DNA from: a virus
Taxonomy: Duplodnaviria > Caudoviricetes
IMG/VR virus record: IMGVR_UViG_3300038679_000016
Span: 2,964 to 66,963 of that record
DNA: 64,000 nt
Reading direction: 5' to 3' (one strand)
Shown here: one piece after another, positions 53,931 through 62,023 of the stretch
How positions within the stretch are numbered: position 1 is the stretch's first letter
How the letters are laid out: the number at the start of each line of letters is the position of its first letter
Translations under genes and position numbers: made by a program
Notes under the pieces: generated by a model
Database searches by the model: none
What the model was told of the DNA's origin: nothing
The model's input: the letters and a program-made list of their open reading frames with translations, nothing else

Positions 53931-54103
53931 AAGCGTTGAAACCTATAAGCAGCTATACCAGAGAAGGAAAAGACACAAAACTAGAAGCTGGTGAAGCTAT
54001 ATTTAAAGGTGATATAAATGAAGGAACTATAATATATGAAGACGATTTCTATGTCATTAAAGTTGTAGAAGATAGCGCACAGTTGAAGAAGGAGAAAAGA
54101 TGA
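53927..54103 (+). CDS. Hypothetical protein (58 aa)
   Basis: ATGA-coupled to both neighbours; not in ORF track. Confidence 0.55.
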   Translation: MKALKPISSYTREGKDTKLEAGEAIFKGDINEGTIIYEDDFYVIKVVEDSAQLKKEKR

Positions 54104-54372
54104 GCCAAAAAACAGTCGTTGTTAATTGCCGTCGTGATGACTACGATATATTCATTGGCCGTCCTTCCATATGGGGCAATCCATTCCGCGAGGGCAGACA
54201 TGGTACTCGAGAGGAGGTCATTGAAATGTACCGTAAGTACCTACTGGAGCACCCATACCTCCTTGATCTTGCGAAGAAAGAACTGAAAGGAATGATCCTT
54301 GGCTGTTACTGTAAGCCAAAGCCATGCCATGGAGACGTACTCGTTCACCTTATAGAAAAAGATGAGGAATAA
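54100..54372 (+). CDS. DUF4326-family protein
   Basis: DIFIGRPSIWGNPF...LKGMILGCYCKPKPCHGDVL. Confidence 0.85.
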   Translation: MSQKTVVVNCRRDDYDIFIGRPSIWGNPFREGRHGTREEVIEMYRKYLLEHPYLLDLAKKELKGMILGCYCKPKPCHGDVLVHLIEKDEE

Positions 54373-54377
54373 ATTGA

Positions 54378-55580
54378 GTGAGACTCCTCGACAACTGGCT
54401 ACTGAGTTATATGCAACTAGTAAAAGAGACAGAACCGCCAGCACGATTTCATCTCTGGACAGCTATAACCATAATCGGTGCGATGCTTGGTCGAAAATGC
54501 GAGGTGAAGCTGGGGCCAGAGTCTCTGTTTCCGAATCTATACACTATACTGGTCGGTCCTCCTGGCACTCGCAAGGGCACAGCTATCAAGTACGGCAGCA
54601 GCATACTGAAGGAGATACAGAAAGGCACCAGCGCTCCTGACGTTGTAACGAAGGAACAACTGATTGCTGAATTTGAGCTGGTCCAGGATAGCGTAAACGT
54701 AGATGGCGATATGATCGTCCATAGTAGTATGTTTGTCATAGCGCCTGAGTTGGTAAATTTTATTAAAGAGAATGACTATGAGCGCCTTGGTTATCTGTGT
54801 GATTTGTATGACGGTCGAGATGATTTTATATACAAAACCAAGACCAGTACAAATCACCATGTCGTAAATCCAGGCCTATGGATACTCGGCGCAACTACAC
54901 CTGATTGGATTGAACTGGCCATGAAACAACTCGGTATTGGTGGCGGCATGACTAGTCGTATTATATGTGTATATTCAGCAACAAAGGGAAAGCATATATC
55001 AATAACAAGGATGATACCATTCGATCCTGTCTTGAAAAGTAAGTTAGTAACAGATTTAGCAGAAATCCGTAGGATGGCAGGACGATTTACTGTATCTAAA
55101 GAAGCAGATGATGTTTATACTGACTGGTACAACGGTCGCTACAAGGATACAAATATAGATGATGACCGTTTTGGTTCATACTGGGAACGATTACCATCTA
55201 TGGTAATAAAAACTTCAATGATAGTGGCAGCAGCTAAGCGTGATGAGAGGGTAATAACGCCTGTTGATATGGTGCAAAGTATAAAGATGTTCGAGGCTAT
55301 ACATCCAGAGATGCCCCAGGCATTCGGTGGTCTTGGTAAGAATGTATTAGGCAGCCAAACTGAAATGATGCGGAATATTCTGCGGGAAAAAGGCCGAGCC
55401 TATCGACACGAAATCTTACATACACTACGTATGCACATATCCGTACAGGACTATGAACGTATTCGCAATACACTGATGGCAGAAAGATTCTGCAGCAGGG
55501 AAATCTGCCAAGAACAAAAAGACGAGGTGCTAACGTGCTTGGAGAAACGAAGGATAGTAGAAGAGCTGGAGAAGCCATAG
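54378..55580 (+). CDS. DUF3987-like P-loop NTPase (putative replicative helicase)
   Basis: FHLWTA.....A.LGR; FPNLY.ILVGPPGTRKGTA; GMTSRII. Confidence 0.75.
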   Translation: MRLLDNWLLSYMQLVKETEPPARFHLWTAITIIGAMLGRKCEVKLGPESLFPNLYTILVGPPGTRKGTAIKYGSSILKEIQKGTSAPDVVTKEQLIAEFELVQDSVNVDGDMIVHSSMFVIAPELVNFIKENDYERLGYLCDLYDGRDDFIYKTKTSTNHHVVNPGLWILGATTPDWIELAMKQLGIGGGMTSRIICVYSATKGKHISITRMIPFDPVLKSKLVTDLAEIRRMAGRFTVSKEADDVYTDWYNGRYKDTNIDDDRFGSYWERLPSMVIKTSMIVAAAKRDERVITPVDMVQSIKMFEAIHPEMPQAFGGLGKNVLGSQTEMMRNILREKGRAYRHEILHTLRMHISVQDYERIRNTLMAERFCSREICQEQKDEVLTCLEKRRIVEELEKP

Positions 55581-55820
55581 ACATATGCTTCAACAAATCG
55601 TATATGTCTTTGGGGTATTTGTCAACTGCACAGCAATGTAATGGTTGTCCGTATGAGAGACGAGATTTATTTTCTGGTACGACAGGCTTACAATTATGGC
55701 AATGGTATTGTGGTTTGATCCAGCCGTAAAAGATCGTCCCGTATACGGCGTTCTGTGCGGTTGTGGGGACAATCTGACGGCGATTGGCGGCGGGTTTTTT
55801 AATTAACAGCTATGAATAAT

Positions 55821-55839
55821 CATGTTAAATTTTAACATG
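55821..55839. promoter_or_regulatory. Dispersed palindrome copy 15 (flanks +)
   Basis: aataat CATGTTAAATTTTAACATG gtgcct. Confidence 0.85.
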
Positions 55840-55863
55840 GTGCCTATAAAAACGGAAAACAAA

Positions 55864-56196
55864 ATGACAGAACAAGTTAGGCCAACACAACAAAAAGGCG
55901 ATACATCAAGAAAGAAAACTGGCTGTGGATATTTGTACCTGACTGACCATATAGATGCAGAGTATCCAGAATTCTTCCTTCGGCTAGGAAAAACTGGTGG
56001 ATGCGCTGCTGCTTTTCTGACAGCTCTAGCGAAAGTTTCCAGCCTAGCCCTCCGTGCTGGAGTTACAAAAGAGGACTTAATCAGAATATGGAAAGATATA
56101 AGATGTCCTCAACCAATGTGGGATGGGTCAGTACAAGTATTGTCTTGTCCTGATGCGGTTGCTAAGATGTTGGAAAATGATGATAACAATAAATAA
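55864..56196 (+). CDS. Stand-alone TSCPD domain (NrdJ C-terminus-like)
   Basis: KTGCG.LYL...SLALRAGV...IRCPQP.W....VLSCPDAVAK.L. Confidence 0.75.
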   Translation: MTEQVRPTQQKGDTSRKKTGCGYLYLTDHIDAEYPEFFLRLGKTGGCAAAFLTALAKVSSLALRAGVTKEDLIRIWKDIRCPQPMWDGSVQVLSCPDAVAKMLENDDNNK

Positions 56197-56275
56197 AAAA
56201 CTGGCCTGCCGGATATGGATTAACTCTAACCCCTAACAGGAGGGAAGTTTAAATAGCGGTGCTAAAGGAGAAACT

Positions 56276-56416
56276 ATGTACGAAAGAACAATAAAATGTC
56301 CCATTTGTGGAAGGCCATATAAGACCTACCCTTCTTACGCCGGAGACCAATCTGCGTGCCCGAGATGTCGTAAAGAGGCTGAGAGACAGGAAGGAAAGAT
56401 TAATAAGGAGAGATAA
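56276..56416 (+). CDS. Small Zn-ribbon protein (46 aa)
   Basis: AAGGAG RBS; CPICG...CPRC; not in ORF track. Confidence 0.65.
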   Translation: MYERTIKCPICGRPYKTYPSYAGDQSACPRCRKEAERQEGKINKER

Positions 56417-56602
56417 ATGGTTATATATTTTTTGCTGGTGACTTGTATAGGCTTTTTTGTGTCAGGTTATTATACTTGTAGATACAGATACTTTAAGCGA
56501 GCGAGTAATCTAATAAAAAGAAAAAAGATGCTAACTTGTGAAGATACTTGGGTATCAGTAAGAGAATTAATTGAGTTATGCCCAAATTTATTGAAAAAAT
56601 AA
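56417..56602 (+). CDS. Small membrane protein
   Basis: AAGGAG RBS; N-terminal hydrophobic segment. Confidence 0.55.
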   Translation: MVIYFLLVTCIGFFVSGYYTCRYRYFKRASNLIKRKKMLTCEDTWVSVRELIELCPNLLKK

Positions 56603-56613
56603 GGAGAAAAACC

Positions 56614-56835
56614 ATGACTCCCGAAGAACACCTAAAGAAACCCTACACCTACTGTCTGGTATGGGATGAGGAGAGCCGAACCTGGACTGGCACGATTAAG
56701 GAATTTCCTGGGTGTATTACACAGCAGGATAGACTGCTTGAGTGTCTAATGGGTTTGCGCCAAGCCGCTAAGGACTGGATAGCCGCCGCCCAGAACTTGG
56801 GGCAGGAGATACCGGAGCCGGAAGTTAAACCATGA
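56614..56835 (+). CDS. HicB-like antitoxin domain (no DNA-binding tail)
   Basis: Y...LVWDEE...W.G.I.EFPGCITQ......L..A...WI..A...G.EIPEP. Confidence 0.8.
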   Translation: MTPEEHLKKPYTYCLVWDEESRTWTGTIKEFPGCITQQDRLLECLMGLRQAAKDWIAAAQNLGQEIPEPEVKP

Positions 56836-56921
56836 CTCCATCTTATTACTTCTGGCTCGCTTGTGTGTGCGGCTTCGTGCTGTTTATATGGATCATAAGG
56901 AGGTGGTATCTTGGAAACTGA
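56832..56921 (+). CDS. Small membrane peptide (29 aa)
   Basis: ATGA-coupled; MTPSYYFWLACVCGFVLFIWIIRRWYLGN. Confidence 0.45.
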   Translation: MTPSYYFWLACVCGFVLFIWIIRRWYLGN

Positions 56922-57318
56922 CAAGGCCCCTACCGATGAAGAACTGGTGAGGTGGAGTGCTGAGGTGTTGATGGAGTGGACAATCCTTGATGAGTATCCC
57001 TATAATGGTTTACGCCCAGGAGAAGTTTGTTACTGGAAAGGAACCTTATCGGGAAAGACGAGGATACGTCTTGCACACCCTTCTCATTTATTATACTGGA
57101 ACCCCATCTCAAAAGACAACGGTCAGATTTGGGATGTGATGGAGAGGATGGAGGAGATGGAGTGGGAATATAGATCACAGTCTATATGCAAAGCACATTA
57201 TTTTAGGTTTTTTAAAAAGCAGGATAATAAATCTGATAAATACGGTGAGGCTTATGCTACAACACCTGTCCGAGCCATCCTCCTGGCGGCATGGCGGGCG
57301 GTAGGGGAAAATCGATGA
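56911..57318 (+). CDS. Phage ABA-sandwich-like protein, paralogue 1
   Basis: WNP......QIWDV...A.T..RAI.LAA..A. Confidence 0.65.
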   Translation: METDKAPTDEELVRWSAEVLMEWTILDEYPYNGLRPGEVCYWKGTLSGKTRIRLAHPSHLLYWNPISKDNGQIWDVMERMEEMEWEYRSQSICKAHYFRFFKKQDNKSDKYGEAYATTPVRAILLAAWRAVGENR

Positions 57319-57661
57319 AACCAACCGACGAAGAACTGATACGGTGGAGTGCTAAACTGTTGGAACTTAATCAAAAACCTGAATACGGCTCTGTAGTTTA
57401 TTACACAAAGGAAGGTAAATTCCTTTGTTTTGTTAGTAATTGGAACCCCATCTCAAAAGACAACGGTCAGATTTGGGATGTTGAAAAAGCAATGCAAAAT
57501 AGGAAATTATACTTGCGTGGTATAATGTATAACCCTTATACAAAGAAATATACTGTTGTGTTCACTGATGTTGACAATGTTTTTGGTACTGCTGCCGAAG
57601 ATGATCCCCGCCGAGCCATCCTCCTGGCGGCATGGCGGGCGGTAGGGGAAAATCGATGAAA
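57097..57661 (+). repeat. Two pairs of perfect direct repeats
   Basis: 41 bp at 57097-57137 = 57441-57481; 51 bp at 57270-57320 = 57611-57661. Confidence 0.9.
57315..57659 (+). CDS. Phage ABA-sandwich-like protein, paralogue 2
   Basis: Same motifs; shares identical 41- and 51-bp blocks with paralogue 1. Confidence 0.65.
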   Translation: MKPTDEELIRWSAKLLELNQKPEYGSVVYYTKEGKFLCFVSNWNPISKDNGQIWDVEKAMQNRKLYLRGIMYNPYTKKYTVVFTDVDNVFGTAAEDDPRRAILLAAWRAVGENR

Positions 57662-58225
57662 GACACCTATTGCAGTGTTTGTGGAATTAAAATGGGAACC
57701 TGTCCTGACGATTGGGAAGGGGGAGGCATCTGTCAAGATTGCTGCCCGACTTGCAGACGGCCAGTGGGGCAGACTCAACTCGACACTCTGCGCTCCCTGG
57801 TGAGGGAGATGGGGAAAATAATTGAGTATATCGAGACGCACGGCATCGAACATTTTAAACCGGAAATTCAGAAAAGGATTGCTGATGCTTTAAACTGCCC
57901 CGAGGTCAGGGCGATAATGGAGGGGAGAGCGATGAGTAATTCACACGAGAATCAAGGTGATTGGATATGTCCCAACTGTGGGCCTATCCTAAGTGTGTGC
58001 GTAACATACGAAGAAACCTGTACTCACTGTCACTGCCCAGTTTTTTGGGTAGATGAAAATCATGTGTTAATAAGTAAAGATGAACTATCCACCCAAACCG
58101 CCCTGCTTGCGGAGTGTCGGGAGAGACTAAATCATTGGGCTTATATGTTCAAAGTTGTCGCAGAAGATAAAATAACCTCCGCCCTCCTGCCCAAGCTGGA
58201 AACGATGTTAAAGGAAAAGCCATGA
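57656..58225 (+). CDS. Double Zn-ribbon protein (possible in-frame fusion, internal start 57932)
   Basis: CSVC...CQDC; CPNC...CTHC; strong internal RBS before ATG 57932. Confidence 0.6.
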   Translation: MKDTYCSVCGIKMGTCPDDWEGGGICQDCCPTCRRPVGQTQLDTLRSLVREMGKIIEYIETHGIEHFKPEIQKRIADALNCPEVRAIMEGRAMSNSHENQGDWICPNCGPILSVCVTYEETCTHCHCPVFWVDENHVLISKDELSTQTALLAECRERLNHWAYMFKVVAEDKITSALLPKLETMLKEKP

Positions 58226-58443
58226 AGCCTATCTTCGACAAAACCGTCATGTCCTGCATCTACAAAAAGGACAATATCCTGTTTTTCCAAACTATCGCAG
58301 ATGGATATGTCATCAACTGTTTTTGCTTTAGGGTTGGCAGGTTTGTGAGGTATCCGGCGCTATGGGAATTGTGGGCATTTTCGGTGAACATCTTTGGTGC
58401 TAGAGCCCAGATAGTAAATGATTGGGAGGGGGATAAGCCATGA
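58222..58443 (+). CDS. Hypothetical protein
   Basis: ATGA-coupled. Confidence 0.5.
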   Translation: MKPIFDKTVMSCIYKKDNILFFQTIADGYVINCFCFRVGRFVRYPALWELWAFSVNIFGARAQIVNDWEGDKP

Positions 58444-58679
58444 CTAACAAAGACATCCTTTTTAGGAACCTTATAAACCACGAGACTTTCAATATCCAGC
58501 GAAAATTGCAGGATTTACAGCAGAATTTTCGAGTGTTGTTTGGGACAAGTTTTCATCTTGATAAATATAATTTATTTGACGCTCAATTAAATTTATTGAG
58601 AGCGCACATTGACAAGCTAATACAAATTAGCAGCAAACTTAGTTCTAATGATATTGACATCACCGAGGAAAAGCTATGA
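58440..58679 (+). CDS. Hypothetical coiled-coil protein
   Basis: GGAGG RBS, ATGA-coupled. Confidence 0.55.
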   Translation: MTNKDILFRNLINHETFNIQRKLQDLQQNFRVLFGTSFHLDKYNLFDAQLNLLRAHIDKLIQISSKLSSNDIDITEEKL

Positions 58680-58816
58680 CCCTCACCACTTCTCCAGACT
58701 ACACCGCACCATCATATAGAACGCCCCCAGGAGCGCCAGGATCAGGGCTATCAGGGTAGTCCTATATGACGGCGGCGGATAGTCGGTCATTTTAACCCCT
58801 AACCAACGGAGGATTT

Positions 58817-59110
58817 ATGGCAATCGGAACAATTCTAGGTTACAATCAAAGTGAATCTGCTTTAGGGATGAAATCCCCTGAACGATGCAAACCCGATTAC
58901 GAGTTGATTATCAAAAAACTCAATCAAGAATCGGCTGCTATCCACACCGCCTTAGATGGTTTGCTAAGAGCGCATTATGCAGAGTATTACATTCCCGGCG
59001 AACTAACCCTACCCCAAGCGATAGGATTCCTGTATCTTAAATCTCAAGATTGTCTAAGAGCAATTGAGGCAACAATCAAAGCCCAAGAAGCAGAATCTCA
59101 GTCATCTTAA
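58817..59110 (+). CDS. Hypothetical protein
   Basis: GGAGG RBS; last gene of rightward arm. Confidence 0.6.
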   Translation: MAIGTILGYNQSESALGMKSPERCKPDYELIIKKLNQESAAIHTALDGLLRAHYAEYYIPGELTLPQAIGFLYLKSQDCLRAIEATIKAQEAESQSS

Positions 59111-59122
59111 TGAGAGCAGGAG

Positions 59123-59148
59123 ATGGGGCAGGTCAATCCTGCCCCCAT
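59123..59148. terminator. Hairpin at convergence of the two arms
   Basis: GGGGCAGG-TCAAT-CCTGCCCC between stops at 59110 and 59152; no clear U-tract. Confidence 0.55.
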
Positions 59149-59151
59149 TCC

Positions 59152-59655
59152 CTACTGAAACAGCGCCGGGTCTGCCCCACTGTCCAGCCCAATGTTCTTG
59201 AACAGGCTGGCCAGAACACCCTTATCACAATCCGTCATAGCAACCCCACCAGTCTGCACCAGCCCTGCCTGGTTAAGTGAATCAAACAGTACTAGGAGAG
59301 GAGTAGCAATCGCTACGTACTTCTCCGAACCCTTAAACTTGGCTCTTACCTCAGCCATTACCGGAGCAAGGTTGTTAGATAAGGTAGCCCGATAGAGCAT
59401 GGGCATCACGGTGGACATGATGAGAGTCGCCGCCCTTCCCGCTTGAGGTTCGGCAACGGCGAGTACCGCCAACGCCGTGGACACTCCCACCCGAGTCAGC
59501 ATAGGGCCGTTGGGCATGAAGTCGCCCATTTTGGTGTAGACGATAGACTGTTCGCATCCTGCCGGGATAGGCTTGGGCGGCTGTGTAGTCGGCGTGGTGG
59601 CACAGCCGACCAAAGTCAACAATAATGCAATTGCCAGAATCTGTTTGTGGTTCAT
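59152..59655 (-). CDS. Lipoprotein (o-spanin or exclusion protein candidate)
   Basis: MNHKQILAIALLLTLVG-C lipobox; AAGGAGG RBS. Confidence 0.75.
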   Translation of the reverse strand: MNHKQILAIALLLTLVGCATTPTTQPPKPIPAGCEQSIVYTKMGDFMPNGPMLTRVGVSTALAVLAVAEPQAGRAATLIMSTVMPMLYRATLSNNLAPVMAEVRAKFKGSEKYVAIATPLLVLFDSLNQAGLVQTGGVAMTDCDKGVLASLFKNIGLDSGADPALFQ

Positions 59656-59951
59656 GTGTCCTCCTTTATTAAACCCATTGCTTTCCAATAGTATATTATT
59701 TCCTCCACGCCAGCCGGGTCGTCTTTGAAAAACTCTGCTATTTCTTTATAAGAAGTAGAATCCTCAATCAAGAACCCACTATCTATACGAGATTGTTTCA
59801 ATTGAGCATTCCCGTGCGGCATATCGTCCTCCTGTTCACAATCAGATACTAAAAATCCATACGGATGCATGACGCTTGCTGGAAACATACTATTTATTGG
59901 CTCACAAAATTTGCGAATAAAACTCAGTAATGATTTAGCAGTTGACATCAA
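59652..59951 (-). CDS. Hypothetical protein
   Basis: GGAGG RBS; stop coupled to the lipoprotein start. Confidence 0.55.
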   Translation of the reverse strand: MMSTAKSLLSFIRKFCEPINSMFPASVMHPYGFLVSDCEQEDDMPHGNAQLKQSRIDSGFLIEDSTSYKEIAEFFKDDPAGVEEIIYYWKAMGLIKEDT

Positions 59952-60070
59952 TCCTCCGCCCTAGTTTTAATCCGCTTCCCCTGCCCGATCTTCCTCGCCA
60001 GACAGTACGCCGGAACCGCTACGATCAGCAGTAGGATACCGGCGATGATGTTGGGGATGGTCAGGTCCAT
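59948..60070 (-). CDS. Small membrane protein (40 aa)
   Basis: MDLTIPNIIAGILLLIVAVPAYCLARK...; GGAGG RBS; not in ORF track. Confidence 0.5.
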   Translation of the reverse strand: MDLTIPNIIAGILLLIVAVPAYCLARKIGQGKRIKTRAED

Positions 60071-60342
60071 CACCCCTCCCTCTTATCCTCTGCGACCTCA
60101 ACCGCCGCTAATGTTTTTGCCACCTCTGCACTGGTTAATGCTGCAGTCTTTGCCGTGGTTTCGATCACCTTGTCCTTATCCTGACTGCCCTTGCTGGAGC
60201 CGAAATAGAAACTGAGAACCAACGTCATCAACCCGATTATCTCAGTTTTGGTTTCAGGCTTCAAGTACATCATAACGAACCCGCTTGACACCACGATAAC
60301 CGCCAGGATAGGGCCGATTGCTTCTTTGAGTAGGTTAAGCAT
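60070..60342 (-). CDS. Holin-like protein
   Basis: Two TM segments then FYFGSSKGSQ.KD. Confidence 0.7.
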   Translation of the reverse strand: MLNLLKEAIGPILAVIVVSSGFVMMYLKPETKTEIIGLMTLVLSFYFGSSKGSQDKDKVIETTAKTAALTSAEVAKTLAAVEVAEDKREG

Positions 60343-60610
60343 AGCTCACCCCCGGATAAACTGGTAGACTACCATCTAATCTACAGTTACCACCACACTT
60401 CCGCATTGGCCGAGGTTCTATAAAGAGCATCATCTCCCAACAGTTAAAGCATAGAAAGCAAGTACAATGAGCTAAATCTTCTTCTGTAAAGGATGGAGAT
60501 ATGGGGATATAAGATATCGGAGAAATTTCCTCTACATACCGAGGCGACCAATCATCTGATTCATCGTCACCAGAACATTGAGAACAATATCTCCATCCTT
60601 TATCAGCCAT
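60335..60610 (-). CDS. Cys-rich hypothetical protein
   Basis: CSQC...CFNC; coupled to neighbours. Confidence 0.5.
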   Translation of the reverse strand: MADKGWRYCSQCSGDDESDDWSPRYVEEISPISYIPISPSFTEEDLAHCTCFLCFNCWEMMLFIEPRPMRKCGGNCRLDGSLPVYPGVSYA

Positions 60611-61256
60611 AACTCACCCCTGGAATCAGAGCCGCAGCGTTCCAGCCCCGGCCGGCAGTAGAAAACACCCCTACCCCGTAGGCCGCCCCCTTGGCCTCTA
60701 TCGTCGAACCATCGCCCTGGCTGATGACCACATGGTTGCCGGTAGCGTAGAGCCGGAAAAGCAAGGACCCCGGGGTACTGACCGCTTCACTTACCAATAG
60801 CACAGTTCCGTACCTTTTGCAATGCTCGTACTGATTACTGGCACCGTCTGGCATAGTGGGGGAGATGTGAAGCTGGGCACAGACCCATTGCACCAGCTCG
60901 CTACAATCGAAAGCATCCGGGTCCGGGTCGCCAAGGTCAACCTCAGTTCCGAAGATGTAAGGGTCGCCGGACTGACTCATGGCCTTGGAAATTACTGCCT
61001 TGCCGGTGGGTTTGGTGGAGGGAGCTACGGGTCCAACGGGGTCAGGAGTCGTGGCCTTGACAAGATACTTAGCCGAGGCCCAGGCCACCGACTCCAGACC
61101 GTCATCCTCGTCTATCACCAGGACAGGAACCCAGCCAGTGGTGTCAGGGGATTGCACTATCTCATTGTAGATCAAATCCCCCACGTCCTCGTAGGCTGTT
61201 CCCGGTCCAGACCTGATGTTCAAGCCGCCCTGCGCTGTGACTTTATAGTTCGGCAT
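60603..61256 (-). CDS. Endolysin: SH3b + NlpC/P60 peptidase
   Basis: LNIRSGPGTAY; G.PY.FG....DAFDCSELVQWV...HVVI. Confidence 0.85.
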   Translation of the reverse strand: MPNYKVTAQGGLNIRSGPGTAYEDVGDLIYNEIVQSPDTTGWVPVLVIDEDDGLESVAWASAKYLVKATTPDPVGPVAPSTKPTGKAVISKAMSQSGDPYIFGTEVDLGDPDPDAFDCSELVQWVCAQLHISPTMPDGASNQYEHCKRYGTVLLVSEAVSTPGSLLFRLYATGNHVVISQGDGSTIEAKGAAYGVGVFSTAGRGWNAAALIPGVSYG

Positions 61257-61265
61257 AACCCTCCC

Positions 61266-61625
61266 TTAAAGTTTAAAGTGCCTCATCACCCCCGCAACGG
61301 CCACAAAACCCGTTATCAATAAACTGATGACTGCGATAGTGAGCGTAATAATCATAGACCTTTGGCTAGCCTTCCCTTCCATTTGGTCATTAGCTTTTGA
61401 TAATTGTTTTAACTCAGCCTTGAGCAATTTCAGTTCTGCTTCCACTTCCCCTTTCTGTAAAAACACCTGAGGAAACCCAGCCATTCTATCTTCCATTATC
61501 CTGCGGGCTTCCACTAATGCCTTATCGGCAGCCTCAAATTTCAGATTAAAAATCTTCTCCAGATATTCTTGAAGACTGACACCATCCCTGTACTTAGAAA
61601 AACGCCTTGGCCGTGGTTCATTCAT
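61266..61625 (-). CDS. Coiled-coil protein with C-terminal TM (lysis accessory)
   Basis: Hydrophobic C-terminus, directly upstream of endolysin. Confidence 0.55.
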   Translation of the reverse strand: MNEPRPRRFSKYRDGVSLQEYLEKIFNLKFEAADKALVEARRIMEDRMAGFPQVFLQKGEVEAELKLLKAELKQLSKANDQMEGKASQRSMIITLTIAVISLLITGFVAVAGVMRHFKL

Positions 61626-61710
61626 CATCATCCCCAAAAGTTACTTTAGCGTGCCACACCAGGAACACCGCCACCAGACAGACCATGCCGCCGATCAGGA
61701 ATTTCCACAT
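61618..61710 (-). CDS. Small membrane peptide (30 aa)
   Basis: MWKFLIGGMVCLVAVFLVWHAKVTFGDDDE; not in ORF track. Confidence 0.4.
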   Translation of the reverse strand: MWKFLIGGMVCLVAVFLVWHAKVTFGDDDE

Positions 61711-61717
61711 GGTAAAC

Positions 61718-61993
61718 TCACTTAGTCCCATGATTATGTGGGGCAACGAGCCCATTACCATTCTTAACCTCGACTGCTCTCACTCGTTCTGTAAGAGATG
61801 TCTGTTTTTCGCATACCTTTTCTACTGCTATCCGTATCTGGTCCCTCTCATGCAGGAATAGCGCCGTCATCCGATCCAGTTTGTTCCAAGTCTGTGAGTT
61901 AAGAACTAACACCATCGCTCCGATACTACCCAGGAGAACGATAATCAAGGCCAGCATGAATGTGAACCAGCGATCCGCTTTGACATCTGGCAT
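61718..61993 (-). CDS. Single-TM coiled-coil protein (holin or i-spanin candidate)
   Basis: GGAGG RBS; N-terminal TM helix. Confidence 0.55.
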   Translation of the reverse strand: MPDVKADRWFTFMLALIIVLLGSIGAMVLVLNSQTWNKLDRMTALFLHERDQIRIAVEKVCEKQTSLTERVRAVEVKNGNGLVAPHNHGTK

Positions 61994-62023
61994 TTCCCCC
62001 TCCCTCCGCAACATGGCTGATTG

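Noticed and set aside
55822-55863. ORF starts inside palindromes (MLNFNMV, MLKFNM; also the 32340..32552 stop)
   Set aside because: The ATG and TAA are by-products of the palindrome; better starts lie downstream
58582-58600. CTCAAT-TAAATTT-ATTGAG inverted repeat
   Set aside because: Single copy inside a CDS, with arms unrelated to the dispersed motif
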